DNA of 64,000 bases from an uncultured Bacillota bacterium (GCA_963804645.1 CAWDRG010000017.1:128001-192000), one strand, 5' to 3'. Shown: positions 10,105 to 19,084, counted from the first letter of the stretch. The notes: generated by a model from the letters alone, not told the origin. Numbers and translations are program-made.

Positions 10105-10775
10105 CTACGGCGCGCGCTGCGCCGTAAACTGAATCTCCAGTTCTACCTGGTTCTGCGCCTGGAGAATCCCCATGAGGGACGGCGGATCGAACCCGAAATC
10201 CGTCATCAGGACGTTCGTGGTGGCATCCCCGGTCAGCGTCGGACCATTGAGCGTGACCGTGCCGGTGAAGGTGACCGGCTTGGTCACGCCGTGGACCTGA
10301 AGGGTACCGGCGATCCGACGGGGATCGCGCGGCCTTCCACTAGGCGCCCGGCAGGCCGTCGATCGAGGTCGGAGTGAACACCGCGGTCGGGTATTGCGCG
10401 GAATCGAGCCAGCGGGTCTGGATTTCCCGGTCGCGGTGGCGGCTGTCCGAGGTGAGCTGGCTGATGTCGACGGTGATCGGTCCGATCCGGCTCTGCGACG
10501 GGTGGGCGCGATCGACCAGGATCTGGCCCTCGATGCCGTGCGTGGTCCCGACCGCGACTTTGAACTGATTGTTGCGGTTGAAAAACGTCTCGCCGACGCG
10601 GTACGGCGCCTGCGACGCCGACGATCGATGACGAACCGTTCGATCCCCGCCGCGGCGGGCGCCGGGACGGGTGCCGCCGCCAGCGCGCCGCCAGAGGGCA
10701 TCCATGGCGAGCAGAGCCGCCGCAAGAGGCCCACTCCGCGCCGCCGTAGGAAGGTCATTCCTGTCCAATGCGCAT
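10105..10775 (-). pseudogene. YceI-family protein (copy 2; frameshifted as assembled)
   Basis: Paralog of 6652-7328 with the same motifs split across frames; AAAGGAG RBS. Confidence 0.8.
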
Positions 10776-10941
10776 GCTGATGCTCCTTTCCACCCGCGGG
10801 ACGTGCCGGGCCTCCGCGCGATCGCGCGGTCAAGAGTTTCGATCACAGCGCCGGCTCGCCCTGAAGGTTCCGGGTCCACGTTCGACGTGACGCCGTCGGC
10901 ACCGGTCCCGGCCCACACAAGCGGGCCGGTCGCACCTCTGT

Positions 10942-10973
10942 ACGCTACGTCGTCGAGATGACATCCGGATGAC
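10942..10973 (-). promoter_or_regulatory. Island promoter motif copy E, upstream of yceI copy 2
   Basis: Minus strand GTCATC cggat GTCATC tcgacgacg TAGCGT. Confidence 0.8.
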
Positions 10974-11051
10974 AGCGGTCCTGGCGGAACCAGGAGGTGT
11001 TCGGGGCTCCCGCCCCGCGCGTGGCGCCAGGTCGTGCTCGCCAGGGGTGCC

Positions 11052-11672
11052 TCAGCGCCAGTGGGCGGCGGCGGACCGCGCTTGGTGTTCCTCGCCGCCC
11101 CATGCCTGTTGTGCTGGAGTCAGCGAGGAGAGGTGACGGGTGCGCAACCGCACCCAGGACGCAGCGAAGTGGCCCCCTCGGGCGGGTTCCGGATTGGTCG
11201 AGGAGGCCACCCACCCACGCACGGCAGGTGCCGCGTGCCACCCCCACGATGCGCCGCGTGTCATGCGCCGGACTACGACGTCCGGGACATGCGTACCCGC
11301 TCGAGTCGGCGCCCTCGTTGCCTCCGGATGCGGTCCGATTTCCTCCGTCGCCCAGACCAAGGCCAGCGCCAGGAGCCCGACGTCGCGGACGAATGTCGCG
11401 GTGAGACCACCCGTCCACGCGAGCACCGCGACAACCTCGGCAAGCGCGGCCACGGCGAGCCAGGCGGTCACCACGGGGACGAAGTTGATCCAGGCCGCCG
11501 CGCCCAGCATCAAGAGCACCCACCCGTGCGCCAGGACGAGCGGCACAGCCTCGACGCGTGCCGCGGGAAGAGGCGGGACGTAGCCGATCCATTGGGCTGG
11601 TGCCGCGAGTTCCCACGCACCGAAGCTCACAAATACCAGTCCTGTGGCCAGCCGCGCGAGGAGACGGGTCAT
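11052..11672 (-). CDS. DoxX-like membrane protein (paralog 2)
   Basis: MTRLLARLATGLVFVSFG...VRDVGLL, about four TM segments; ATGA coupling to the upstream gene. The long C-terminal tail is uncertain. Confidence 0.72.
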   Translation of the reverse strand: MTRLLARLATGLVFVSFGAWELAAPAQWIGYVPPLPAARVEAVPLVLAHGWVLLMLGAAAWINFVPVVTAWLAVAALAEVVAVLAWTGGLTATFVRDVGLLALALVWATEEIGPHPEATRAPTRAGTHVPDVVVRRMTRGASWGWHAAPAVRGWVASSTNPEPARGGHFAASWVRLRTRHLSSLTPAQQAWGGEEHQARSAAAHWR

Positions 11673-12397
11673 CGAGGCCCCGCGCTGGGAGCCCCGAAAA
11701 GACCCGACGAAGCAAGGATGTGCCCCGCCGCGTCGGTCACGATGAAGATGTCGTCACTATCATCCGTTTCGCCCCCCGCCCCATCGTCGCCCCCCTCGGA
11801 GTCGACGAAGTAGAGGCGATAGCGATTGTCATAGATCGCGTGCTGGGTGGAATCTTCCCGGAGGTTGTACAGCGTCATCTCCACCGTCGTCGGCGAGGCG
11901 GGGCGGATCATCAGCTGGAACCCCGTGAGCGCCCGTTCGGCGTCGGCTGATGGCGAGCCGGGATACAGCTGGTACGCAAAGCGGGCGTACCACGTTTGCG
12001 ACAGCAGAGGCCCGCTGCCTGGGCTCGCGGAGGCGGGAGCCGCCGCCCCGGACGGCGTGGGAGGAGGAGTCAGCGGTGAAACCCCGGTCTCCCGCCGGGT
12101 CGACCCCGCCGGCGCCGCCTCGGAGGTGGACGCCGCACGGAACGTTCGCGGCGTTGGCGTAGGCGGCTCCCCCCGCTCCGATTTCGTGGTGGGGGTGGAC
12201 GGATCGACGGGGGTGGCCGCGCGAGGTGTCGCCCCCAAGGGGATGTCGGGGGTGATGCCGCCACCCGGCGACGATGCGGGAGGCTCGACTCCCGGCAGCG
12301 GGGTCGATCGCGGCAGCACAGAATCGCTCGTCAAGGCCAGCGCGAGACCCCCGATCGCAACAAGCACCATGACCGTGATCTTCCCCATCTCCCGCAT
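11669..12397 (-). CDS. Secreted/anchored hypothetical protein with Pro/Thr linker and acidic C-terminal domain (paralog 2)
   Basis: Hydrophobic N-terminus, P/T/S-rich linker, AYQLYPG...RLYFVDSEGGDDG...DDIFIVTDAAGHI. Confidence 0.8.
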   Translation of the reverse strand: MREMGKITVMVLVAIGGLALALTSDSVLPRSTPLPGVEPPASSPGGGITPDIPLGATPRAATPVDPSTPTTKSERGEPPTPTPRTFRAASTSEAAPAGSTRRETGVSPLTPPPTPSGAAAPASASPGSGPLLSQTWYARFAYQLYPGSPSADAERALTGFQLMIRPASPTTVEMTLYNLREDSTQHAIYDNRYRLYFVDSEGGDDGAGGETDDSDDIFIVTDAAGHILASSGLFGAPSAGPR

Positions 12398-12478
12398 GCC
12401 GCTACTGTTGTGCCCTGCGTACGGACCTCGACGGACATGGCCGGACCGCATCACGCTCCAGGTCCCACGACCTGTCCC

Positions 12479-12510
12479 GTCATCGGGCCGTCATCCCAAC
12501 CCGTTACGCT
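12479..12510 (+). promoter_or_regulatory. Island promoter motif copy F, upstream of small protein 2
   Basis: GTCATC gggcc GTCATC ccaacccgt TACGCT. Confidence 0.8.
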
Positions 12511-12546
12511 GGGCACGACTGACAGACGTGAGAGGAGGATGGACTC

Positions 12547-12741
12547 CTGAGGACTTCACGCGACGCCGCCGACCTTGTGATCGTCGAAGCGCAATTGCGG
12601 ATCGTCCGAATGCACCTGCGGACGTGGCGCACGGTCCAACGCCGCCTTGAGCGGCGCGCACGACTCTACCGATGGGTCCTCGGCGCGCCCCGCACGCTCC
12701 ATGGATTACGCGCGGAGCGCGGCGGGCCCCCGGCAGCCTAG
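12547..12741 (+). CDS. Small Arg-rich hypothetical protein (paralog 2, about 64 aa; absent from the ORF track)
   Basis: AGGAGG then CTG (or a frameshifted ATG at 12539); RTSRDAADLVIVEAQLRIVRMHLRTWRTVQRRLERRA...PPAA*. Confidence 0.6.
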   Translation: MRTSRDAADLVIVEAQLRIVRMHLRTWRTVQRRLERRARLYRWVLGAPRTLHGLRAERGGPPAA

Positions 12742-12867
12742 CGGATCGGCGCTGGGTCTCACGGTGGGACACGGATCATCGCGGGCCACGGAGGCACGCG
12801 TCTCCGCGCCTTGCCGGACGCCGCGAAACCGCGGCGTCGCGCGGGTCCGACGTCTCTGACGCGGCCG

Positions 12868-13844
12868 CTACCCCAGGGTTGGATCGATCGCCGTATCGGC
12901 GCCGAGCACCGACCCCGGGGGCAGCGGTCGTCCGCGGACGTACGCCGCCGCCGACATCCGCCGGCCGGACGCCGGCTGCACCTCGTGGATCCCGACGGCG
13001 CCATCCCCGGCCGCGACGAGCAGCGGCGCGTCCGGGACCGTCCGGAACGGCGAGCACCGTGCCCGGGACGACCGCGGCCGCGCTCCCGGCGGCGGCGAGC
13101 GCGGACGCGCGCCACACCCGCAGCACCTCGCCGTCGCGCAGGGTGTGCGCGACCGGCCACGGATCAAACGCCCGCACGCGATTCACGATCCGGACGGCCG
13201 GCGTCGCTCCAGCGAATCAGCGCCTCCTCGCGGGTCAGCTTCGGCGCGAACGTCGCCAGCGCCGGATCTTGGGGATGCCGGGGGGCCTGTCCTTCGTCGA
13301 GGAGGCGCACCGCCTCGGCCAGCAGCCGCGCCCCGTCGCCCGCGAGACGCGGCTCCAGCGTCCGCGTCGTGTCGTCGGGCGAGATCGGAACCGCGCGCTG
13401 CAGGATCAGATCGCCCGCGTCCATCTCGTCGGACAGATGCAGCACCGTCACGCCGGTCTCCCGGTCGCCGGCCTCGATCGCCCTCGGGATCGGCGCGGCC
13501 CCGCGGTAGCGCGGCAAGAGCGAGGGATGCAGGTTGATGCCGCCGAGGCGCGGCATCGCCAGCAGGCGGGCCGGCAGGAACCGGCCGTACGCCACGACCA
13601 CGAAGAGGTCGGACGCGAGCGCCCGCAGCAGCTCGACGAACGCCGGGTCCCGGAGCGACTCCGGCGTCCACACGTCGAGCGCGTACTGATGCGCGGCGGC
13701 GGCGACGGGCGTCGGCTCCACAACGAGCCCGCGCCCGCGCGGACGGTCCGGCTGCGTCACCACCGCGGCGATCTCGCTCTCCGCGAGGACCGCGTCGAGG
13801 GACGGCACCGCGAACGCCGGCGTGCCGAAGAAGACGACCTTCAC
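12868..13844 (-). CDS. fmt: Methionyl-tRNA formyltransferase (two apparent frameshifts near 13195 and 13045)
   Basis: [57 protein letters not shown]; follows def. Confidence 0.92.
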
Positions 13845-14368
13845 GACTGGGGCGGCTCTTGCGCCGCGACCTCGGACGGCGCGTCGTCCACGTGATGGTA
13901 GGTCGCGCGGTCCCGGATGCGCTCCGGAAACAGGATCCCGTCGAGGTGGTCGATCTCGTGCTGCAGGATGCGCGCGAGCATGCTGTCGGCGTTGATCGTC
14001 ACGTACCGGCCGCGGCGGTTGCGGGCGCGCACCACGACCTTGAGCGCGCGCGGCACGTCCCCCACCCATCCGGGAATACTGAGGCACGCTTCGGGGGCGA
14101 TCTCCTCGCCCTCCTGACGGAGGATCTCCGGGTCGACGAGTGCCAGGCGCGATTTCTGAAACTCGATGACGAGCACGCGCCGCCCGATCCCAACCTGGGG
14201 CGCGGCGAGCCCGATCCCGTGCGCCTCGTGCATCGCGTCAAACATCTGGTCGATCAGCTGCTGGATCTCGCGTGTCACCGCGCGGACCGGCTGGGCGCGG
14301 CGGTGCAGCACGGCCGCCCGGGGGCTGTCGACGGTGATGATCTCCAGGGTCCGAGGCGCGTCGGCCAC
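13841..14368 (-). CDS. def: Peptide deformylase
   Basis: GIGLAAPQVG, EACLS, QHEIDHLDG. Confidence 0.96.
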   Translation of the reverse strand: MADAPRTLEIITVDSPRAAVLHRRAQPVRAVTREIQQLIDQMFDAMHEAHGIGLAAPQVGIGRRVLVIEFQKSRLALVDPEILRQEGEEIAPEACLSIPGWVGDVPRALKVVVRARNRRGRYVTINADSMLARILQHEIDHLDGILFPERIRDRATYHHVDDAPSEVAAQEPPQS

Positions 14369-16503
14369 TACGCAATCTCCTGTGGGTCGATGTCGACGGC
14401 CAGACGGCCGCCGCGGCGCCCCCGCCCCGGAGGACCCGCCGCGTCGCGGGCCGCGCGCGCCGCATCGCGCACGACCTCGCGCGTCCCCGCGCGCAGGAGG
14501 CACTGCACCCGCGCGTGGCCGCCCGCCGGATCCGCCGGCGACGGCCCCAGCACCTCCGCGCCGTGGGCCCGCGCCGCCTCCGCCGCCCGGGCCGCGAGCG
14601 CTCCCGCCTCGGTGAGATCGCGGCCGGCCGCGACGACGCGCGCGAGGGCGGCGAACGGCGGATACCCGAACTCACGCCGGGCGCGCAGCTCGTCACGGTA
14701 GAACGCGTCGTCGGCGCCCGTCCGTATCGCCTCGAACACCGGGTGCTCCGGAGCGCGGGTCTGGACGAACGCGTCCGGCCCCGGCGGCCCCCCGGCCAAC
14801 CCGAGGACGGCGTGCAGCTGCTGAAACGCCCGCTCGGCCGCGCGGAAGTCCGGACGGTAGAGCGGCACGTCGGCGTCGACGACGCCGACGAGGCTGGGGC
14901 GAAGACGGCGTCCCCGCGCGAGCAGCTGCGTGCCGACCACGAGCCGCAGCCGCCCCGCCGCGAACTCCCGCGCGACGCGGTCGAACTCCCCCGCGGTCTC
15001 CCGGTCGACCCGCGCGAGCCGGTAGTCCGGAAATAGGCGCGCCACGACCTCCTCGACGCGCTTGGTGCCCGCGCCGATCCACCGGAGCGAGACGCCCTTG
15101 CACCGCGGGCACACCTGCGGGGCTTTCTCGGTGCGCCCGCACACGCGGCACCGGATCGTGTCGGCCTCGCGGTCGAACGGCATGGGCACGAGACAGCGGG
15201 GGCAGCGGACGACATGCCCGCATTCCTGGCACAGCAGGACCCGCGCGTATCCTACCCGGTTGATGAACAGCGCGACGCGCCCCCCGGCCCTCAGGTGCCG
15301 GCGCATCGCGTCGATCAGCGCCTGGCTCAGCGTCCCGGGGCGTCCCTCGTCGTGCTCGCGCCGCATATCGACGATCGTCACACGCGGGAGCGCGCCGGAC
15401 GCCACCCGCACCGTGCGCATCTCTCCCGCGTCGGCCGCGGCGTACGTCTCCACGGACGGCGACGCGCTTCCCAGCACGACGCCGGCGCCCTCGAGCGCGC
15501 CCCGCCGGAGGGCGACCGCGCGGCCGAGGTAGCGGGGCGCGGCGTCCGCCTTGTACGACCGGTCCTGCTCGTCGTCCACGACCAGCAGCCCGAGACGCCC
15601 AAGCGGCGCGAACAGCGCCGAGCGCGTCCCGCAAACGACGTCCGCGGCGCCTTCGCGAATCCGTGCCCACGTCTCGCGGTGCGCGGCCGGGGCGAGCTCC
15701 GAATGAAACAGCGCCACCCGATCCCCCACCGCCGCGCGGAGCTGGGCGGCGAGGCCGCCGGCGAGTTCCACTTCGGGCACCGTGACGATCGCCTGTCCCC
15801 CGCGGGCGGCCGTCTCCCGCACCGCGTCCACGATCCACGCGGCGCGCGCGGCCGCGTCCCCCCACAGCAGGACGGGCAGGCCCGTCGCGACGGCGCGCCC
15901 CCCCTCCGGCCGGCCGTCGCCGCCGGTGACCGGCTCGGGGCGCGGGGCGTCGTCGAGGCGGACCGCCCCGAGCGCGACCAGCCGCTTGAGCGAGGGCCCC
16001 CCACCGCCGCGCGCGAGCGCTCCCACCGGCATCCCAAGCGGCGCGGCCAGCAGCAGCGCGACCAGCGCCTGCTGGCGGCGGCCCAGGGTCCTCGGGATCC
16101 TGTCCGGCACCGCGACGGCCAGCAGCGGACGCGGCGCGGGCCGGCGGCGGGCAACCTCAGGCGGCACGAGGCACCGGATGGCGTCCAGCAAGGTGGACAG
16201 CGTCTCTTCCGCCACCCATCGGGCGAGTTCGAGCAGCGCCGGGGAGAAGAGCGGGATCGGGTCGAGCACGTCCAGCAGGTCCCGAATCCGAGGGGCGCCC
16301 GGCTCCGGGTCCGGCCCGTCGCACGGCCGCGTCGCGACCACGAACCCGAGCGCCGTCCGCGCGCCGAGCGGCACGAGCGCCCGCACGCCGACGGTGACCC
16401 CGTCGTGCAGCCCCGCCGGCACCCGGTACGTGAGCGGACGATCCGCGATCCCGGCGGCCCGGTCCAGCAGGACCTCGGCGCAGTCGCCGGCGGCCGCGCT
16501 CAC
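14368..16503 (-). CDS. priA: Primosomal protein N' (PriA), degenerate Walker A
   Basis: N-terminal LTYRVP/VPLG, GTRSALFAP, GSASPSVE, 8-Cys zinc module, YRPDFRAAER, FGYPPF; coaC-priA-def-fmt synteny. Confidence 0.93.
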   Translation of the reverse strand: MSAAAGDCAEVLLDRAAGIADRPLTYRVPAGLHDGVTVGVRALVPLGARTALGFVVATRPCDGPDPEPGAPRIRDLLDVLDPIPLFSPALLELARWVAEETLSTLLDAIRCLVPPEVARRRPAPRPLLAVAVPDRIPRTLGRRQQALVALLLAAPLGMPVGALARGGGGPSLKRLVALGAVRLDDAPRPEPVTGGDGRPEGGRAVATGLPVLLWGDAAARAAWIVDAVRETAARGGQAIVTVPEVELAGGLAAQLRAAVGDRVALFHSELAPAAHRETWARIREGAADVVCGTRSALFAPLGRLGLLVVDDEQDRSYKADAAPRYLGRAVALRRGALEGAGVVLGSASPSVETYAAADAGEMRTVRVASGALPRVTIVDMRREHDEGRPGTLSQALIDAMRRHLRAGGRVALFINRVGYARVLLCQECGHVVRCPRCLVPMPFDREADTIRCRVCGRTEKAPQVCPRCKGVSLRWIGAGTKRVEEVVARLFPDYRLARVDRETAGEFDRVAREFAAGRLRLVVGTQLLARGRRLRPSLVGVVDADVPLYRPDFRAAERAFQQLHAVLGLAGGPPGPDAFVQTRAPEHPVFEAIRTGADDAFYRDELRARREFGYPPFAALARVVAAGRDLTEAGALAARAAEAARAHGAEVLGPSPADPAGGHARVQCLLRAGTREVVRDAARAARDAAGPPGRGRRGGRLAVDIDPQEIA

Positions 16504-17117
16504 TGGCGTGTGGGGACGCCACCCGCGAGCGCTGCGACCTCGGCGGCGATCTGTTCGGGCTCCGACATCCGGCCGAGCCCTTCTTGGCCAGACGCCAGCG
16601 CGCCCCGCTCGGGTCCGATCACGTGCACGCCGCGGGCCCGCAGGCGGGCGGTGTTCTCCGCGACGGCCGGTGCGGTCGCCATCTCGGCGCTCATCGCGGG
16701 CGCGAGCAGGATCGGCGCGCGCGTCGCCAGCGCCGTCGCGGACACAATGTCGTCGGCCAGTCCCGCCGCGAGCCGCCCGAGCATGTCGGCGGTCGCCGGC
16801 GCGATCACGTAGCAATCTGCGCGCTGCCCGAGCGCCACGTGCGGCTCGTCCCACGGGGCGTCCGGCGCCCACATATCGACGATCACGGGGTGACGCGACA
16901 GCGCGCGGAACGTGACGGGGCCGACGAAGCGCGCCGCGGCGGGGGTCATTACGACGTAGACGTCGGCGCCCTGCGCGACGAGCAGCCGCACCAGCACGGC
17001 GGATTTGTACGCCGCGATGCTGCCGCAGACGCCGACGACGACGGTCCGCCCGCGGAGCGCGAGGTCAGACGGCGCGCCCACGTGCCACGGGTCCTCCGGC
17101 GCCGGGCGCTTCCCCAC
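16500..17117 (-). CDS. coaC: Phosphopantothenoylcysteine decarboxylase (CoaC flavoprotein domain only)
   Basis: VGVCGSIAAYK, PHVAL, IAPATAD, APAMS, GRMSEPE. The start may be nearer 17081. Confidence 0.85.
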   Translation of the reverse strand: MGKRPAPEDPWHVGAPSDLALRGRTVVVGVCGSIAAYKSAVLVRLLVAQGADVYVVMTPAAARFVGPVTFRALSRHPVIVDMWAPDAPWDEPHVALGQRADCYVIAPATADMLGRLAAGLADDIVSATALATRAPILLAPAMSAEMATAPAVAENTARLRARGVHVIGPERGALASGQEGLGRMSEPEQIAAEVAALAGGVPTRQ

Positions 17118-17640
17118 TCCCGGCTCGCAGACCCCGCGCGAGCACGAGCAGCGCGGCCACGATCTCGTCGGCCCCCCACCTCGAGGTGTCGACCATCACG
17201 TGGTAGCGCCCGAGATCGGTGAGGTCGATCCCGTACGTCTGCTGATACCGCCGGTGCTCCACCGTCTCGCGCGCCAACACGTCGCGCCGGGCGCGCTCCG
17301 GATCCATGCCGTCGCGCGACGCCACGCGGGCGGCGCGGACCGCGAGCGGCGCGCGCAGCCAAATGCGCAGGTCCGCGTCGACCAGCCACCCGCTCAACCG
17401 TCCTTCGGCGAGGAGATTGCCGGCGCGCGCGCGCTCGACCTGCATCGCATCGAGTGCCCGATCGATCGCCGGGTCCGCCTCGGCGAGGCGGCCCAACTCC
17501 TCAAGGCTGACGCCGCGCCGGCGCGCTTCCTCGCGGAACACCTCGCCGGCCGACAGGTACTGCAGCCCGAGCGCCGCGGCGAGCGCGCGGGCCACCGTGC
17601 TCTTGCCCGCGCCGATCTCCCCGCTGACGGTGACGATCAT
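17065..17640 (-). CDS. cmk: Archaeal-type (type 2) cytidylate kinase
   Basis: [48 protein letters not shown]. Confidence 0.85.
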   Translation of the reverse strand: MIVTVSGEIGAGKSTVARALAAALGLQYLSAGEVFREEARRRGVSLEELGRLAEADPAIDRALDAMQVERARAGNLLAEGRLSGWLVDADLRIWLRAPLAVRAARVASRDGMDPERARRDVLARETVEHRRYQQTYGIDLTDLGRYHVMVDTSRWGADEIVAALLVLARGLRAGSGEAPGAGGPVARGRAV

Positions 17641-17945
17641 TGGCCGTCGGCCGCCCCAGGGCCGGCGGTCTCCTCATCATCGTCGTCGTCGTGCTCCGCC
17701 GTCTCCCGGCTCGTGAAGCGGTGCGCGACGGTCTCGGGCTGCACCGCCGAGAGCACGACGTGTCCGCTGTCGGTGATGACCACCGCGCGCGTGCGGCGCC
17801 CGTACGTCGCGTCGATGAGAATCCCTTTGTCGCGCGCCTCTTGAATGATGCGCTTGATCGGGGCCGAGTCCGGGCTGACGATCGCGATGATGCGGTTGGC
17901 CGCCACGATGTTGCCGAACCCGATGTTGATCAGCCGCGTGTCCAT
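17637..17945 (-). CDS. remA: RemA/DUF370 regulator
   Basis: [28 protein letters not shown]...[11 protein letters not shown]...LSAVQPET. Confidence 0.95.
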   Translation of the reverse strand: MDTRLINIGFGNIVAANRIIAIVSPDSAPIKRIIQEARDKGILIDATYGRRTRAVVITDSGHVVLSAVQPETVAHRFTSRETAEHDDDDDEETAGPGAADGQ

Positions 17946-17992
17946 CGCCTATCCCCCTGGCGCGCTCGCCGCCCCGCGCCGGTGCGGCGCGA

Positions 17993-18871
17993 TTACTCCA
18001 CGTTCTGAATCTGCTCGCGCAGGCTCTCCAGCTCGCCCTTCATCGCGATCACGCGGCGCGTGATCGCGAGGTCGTTCGCCTTGCTGCCGATGGTGTTCGC
18101 CTCGCGGCCGAGCTCCTGTACGATGAACTCGAGCGTCCGCCCGACGGCGCCGTCCGCGTTGAGCGTACTCTGAAACTGCACGAGGTGGCTTCGGAACCGG
18201 GTGATCTCCTCCGTCACGTCCGTGCGATCGGCGAACATCGCGATCTCCGTGGCCAGCCGGCCCGGGTCGACCGACACCCCGTCGGTGAGCTCCTGCACCC
18301 GACGGACGAGCCGCGCGTGGTACTCGCCCACCACGCTCGGCGCCCGCGCTTCGATCGCGGCGATGTGCTCGTCGAGGCGCTCCACACGCCGCGCCAAATC
18401 CGTGGCGAGCCTCGCGCCCTCGGTGTCCCGCATTGCCACGAGCCGGTCCACCGCGTCGGCGACCCCTGCCGAAAGCGCCGCCCACGACACTTCGAGGTCT
18501 TCCTTCTGCTCCTCGATCCGGATGAGGTCAGGGAGGGATACCAGGGTCGACAGATCCAGCGGCGCAGAGATCGAGAGAGCGTGTTTGAGGTCGTTTAAGG
18601 CGCTGGCGTACGCTGTAGCCAGGTCTAGGTCCGCCTTAACCGCCCGCGTGCGCTTTCCGTGGTCCTGTCGGATTATAGCAACATCGACCCGCCCCCGCAA
18701 CACGCGGCCCTGCACGATTGCGCGGACTTGATCCTCGAGCGCGGCGAACTCCCTGGGAAGCCGGACGACGATCTCGCAGAACCGGTGGTTGACCGAGCGC
18801 ATCTCGACGGCGTAGCGGCTGAGGCTGGTGGTCGCCTCGGCCGCGCCGAATCCCGTCATGCTTCTCGTCAC
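17993..18871 (-). CDS. yicC: YicC/YloC family endoribonuclease
   Basis: RSMTGFG, RSVNHR, DVTEEITR, QELGREANTIGSK, REQIQNVE. Confidence 0.95.
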   Translation of the reverse strand: MTRSMTGFGAAEATTSLSRYAVEMRSVNHRFCEIVVRLPREFAALEDQVRAIVQGRVLRGRVDVAIIRQDHGKRTRAVKADLDLATAYASALNDLKHALSISAPLDLSTLVSLPDLIRIEEQKEDLEVSWAALSAGVADAVDRLVAMRDTEGARLATDLARRVERLDEHIAAIEARAPSVVGEYHARLVRRVQELTDGVSVDPGRLATEIAMFADRTDVTEEITRFRSHLVQFQSTLNADGAVGRTLEFIVQELGREANTIGSKANDLAITRRVIAMKGELESLREQIQNVE

Positions 18872-18988
18872 GGGAGGGGCTCCCGGGGGGCGCTCGAGGA
18901 AATTCGACCGCAGGACGTCACCAGGGAGAGTCCGTCGGCCGGACTCCAATCTCCTGCTCGTCCCGGGACGCGGTGCCGGCCCGGCGCG

Positions 18989-19017
18989 TTGACACCGCGG
19001 CGGCGCGGAAATATCTT
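18989..19017 (+). promoter_or_regulatory. Sigma70-type promoter for rqcH
   Basis: TTGACA-N17-TATCTT upstream of GGAGGT-GTG. Confidence 0.65.
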
Positions 19018-19084
19018 CGTGGTGGGGCGCATGCCGCTTGAGCAGCCCCGAGCGCGCACACGGCGCCCAGGATCTGGAGGTACT

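Noticed and set aside
12415..12450. Degenerate GTCCG repeat plus TACGCA upstream of secreted paralog 2
   Set aside because: 10-bp period and poor matches; not the same motif.
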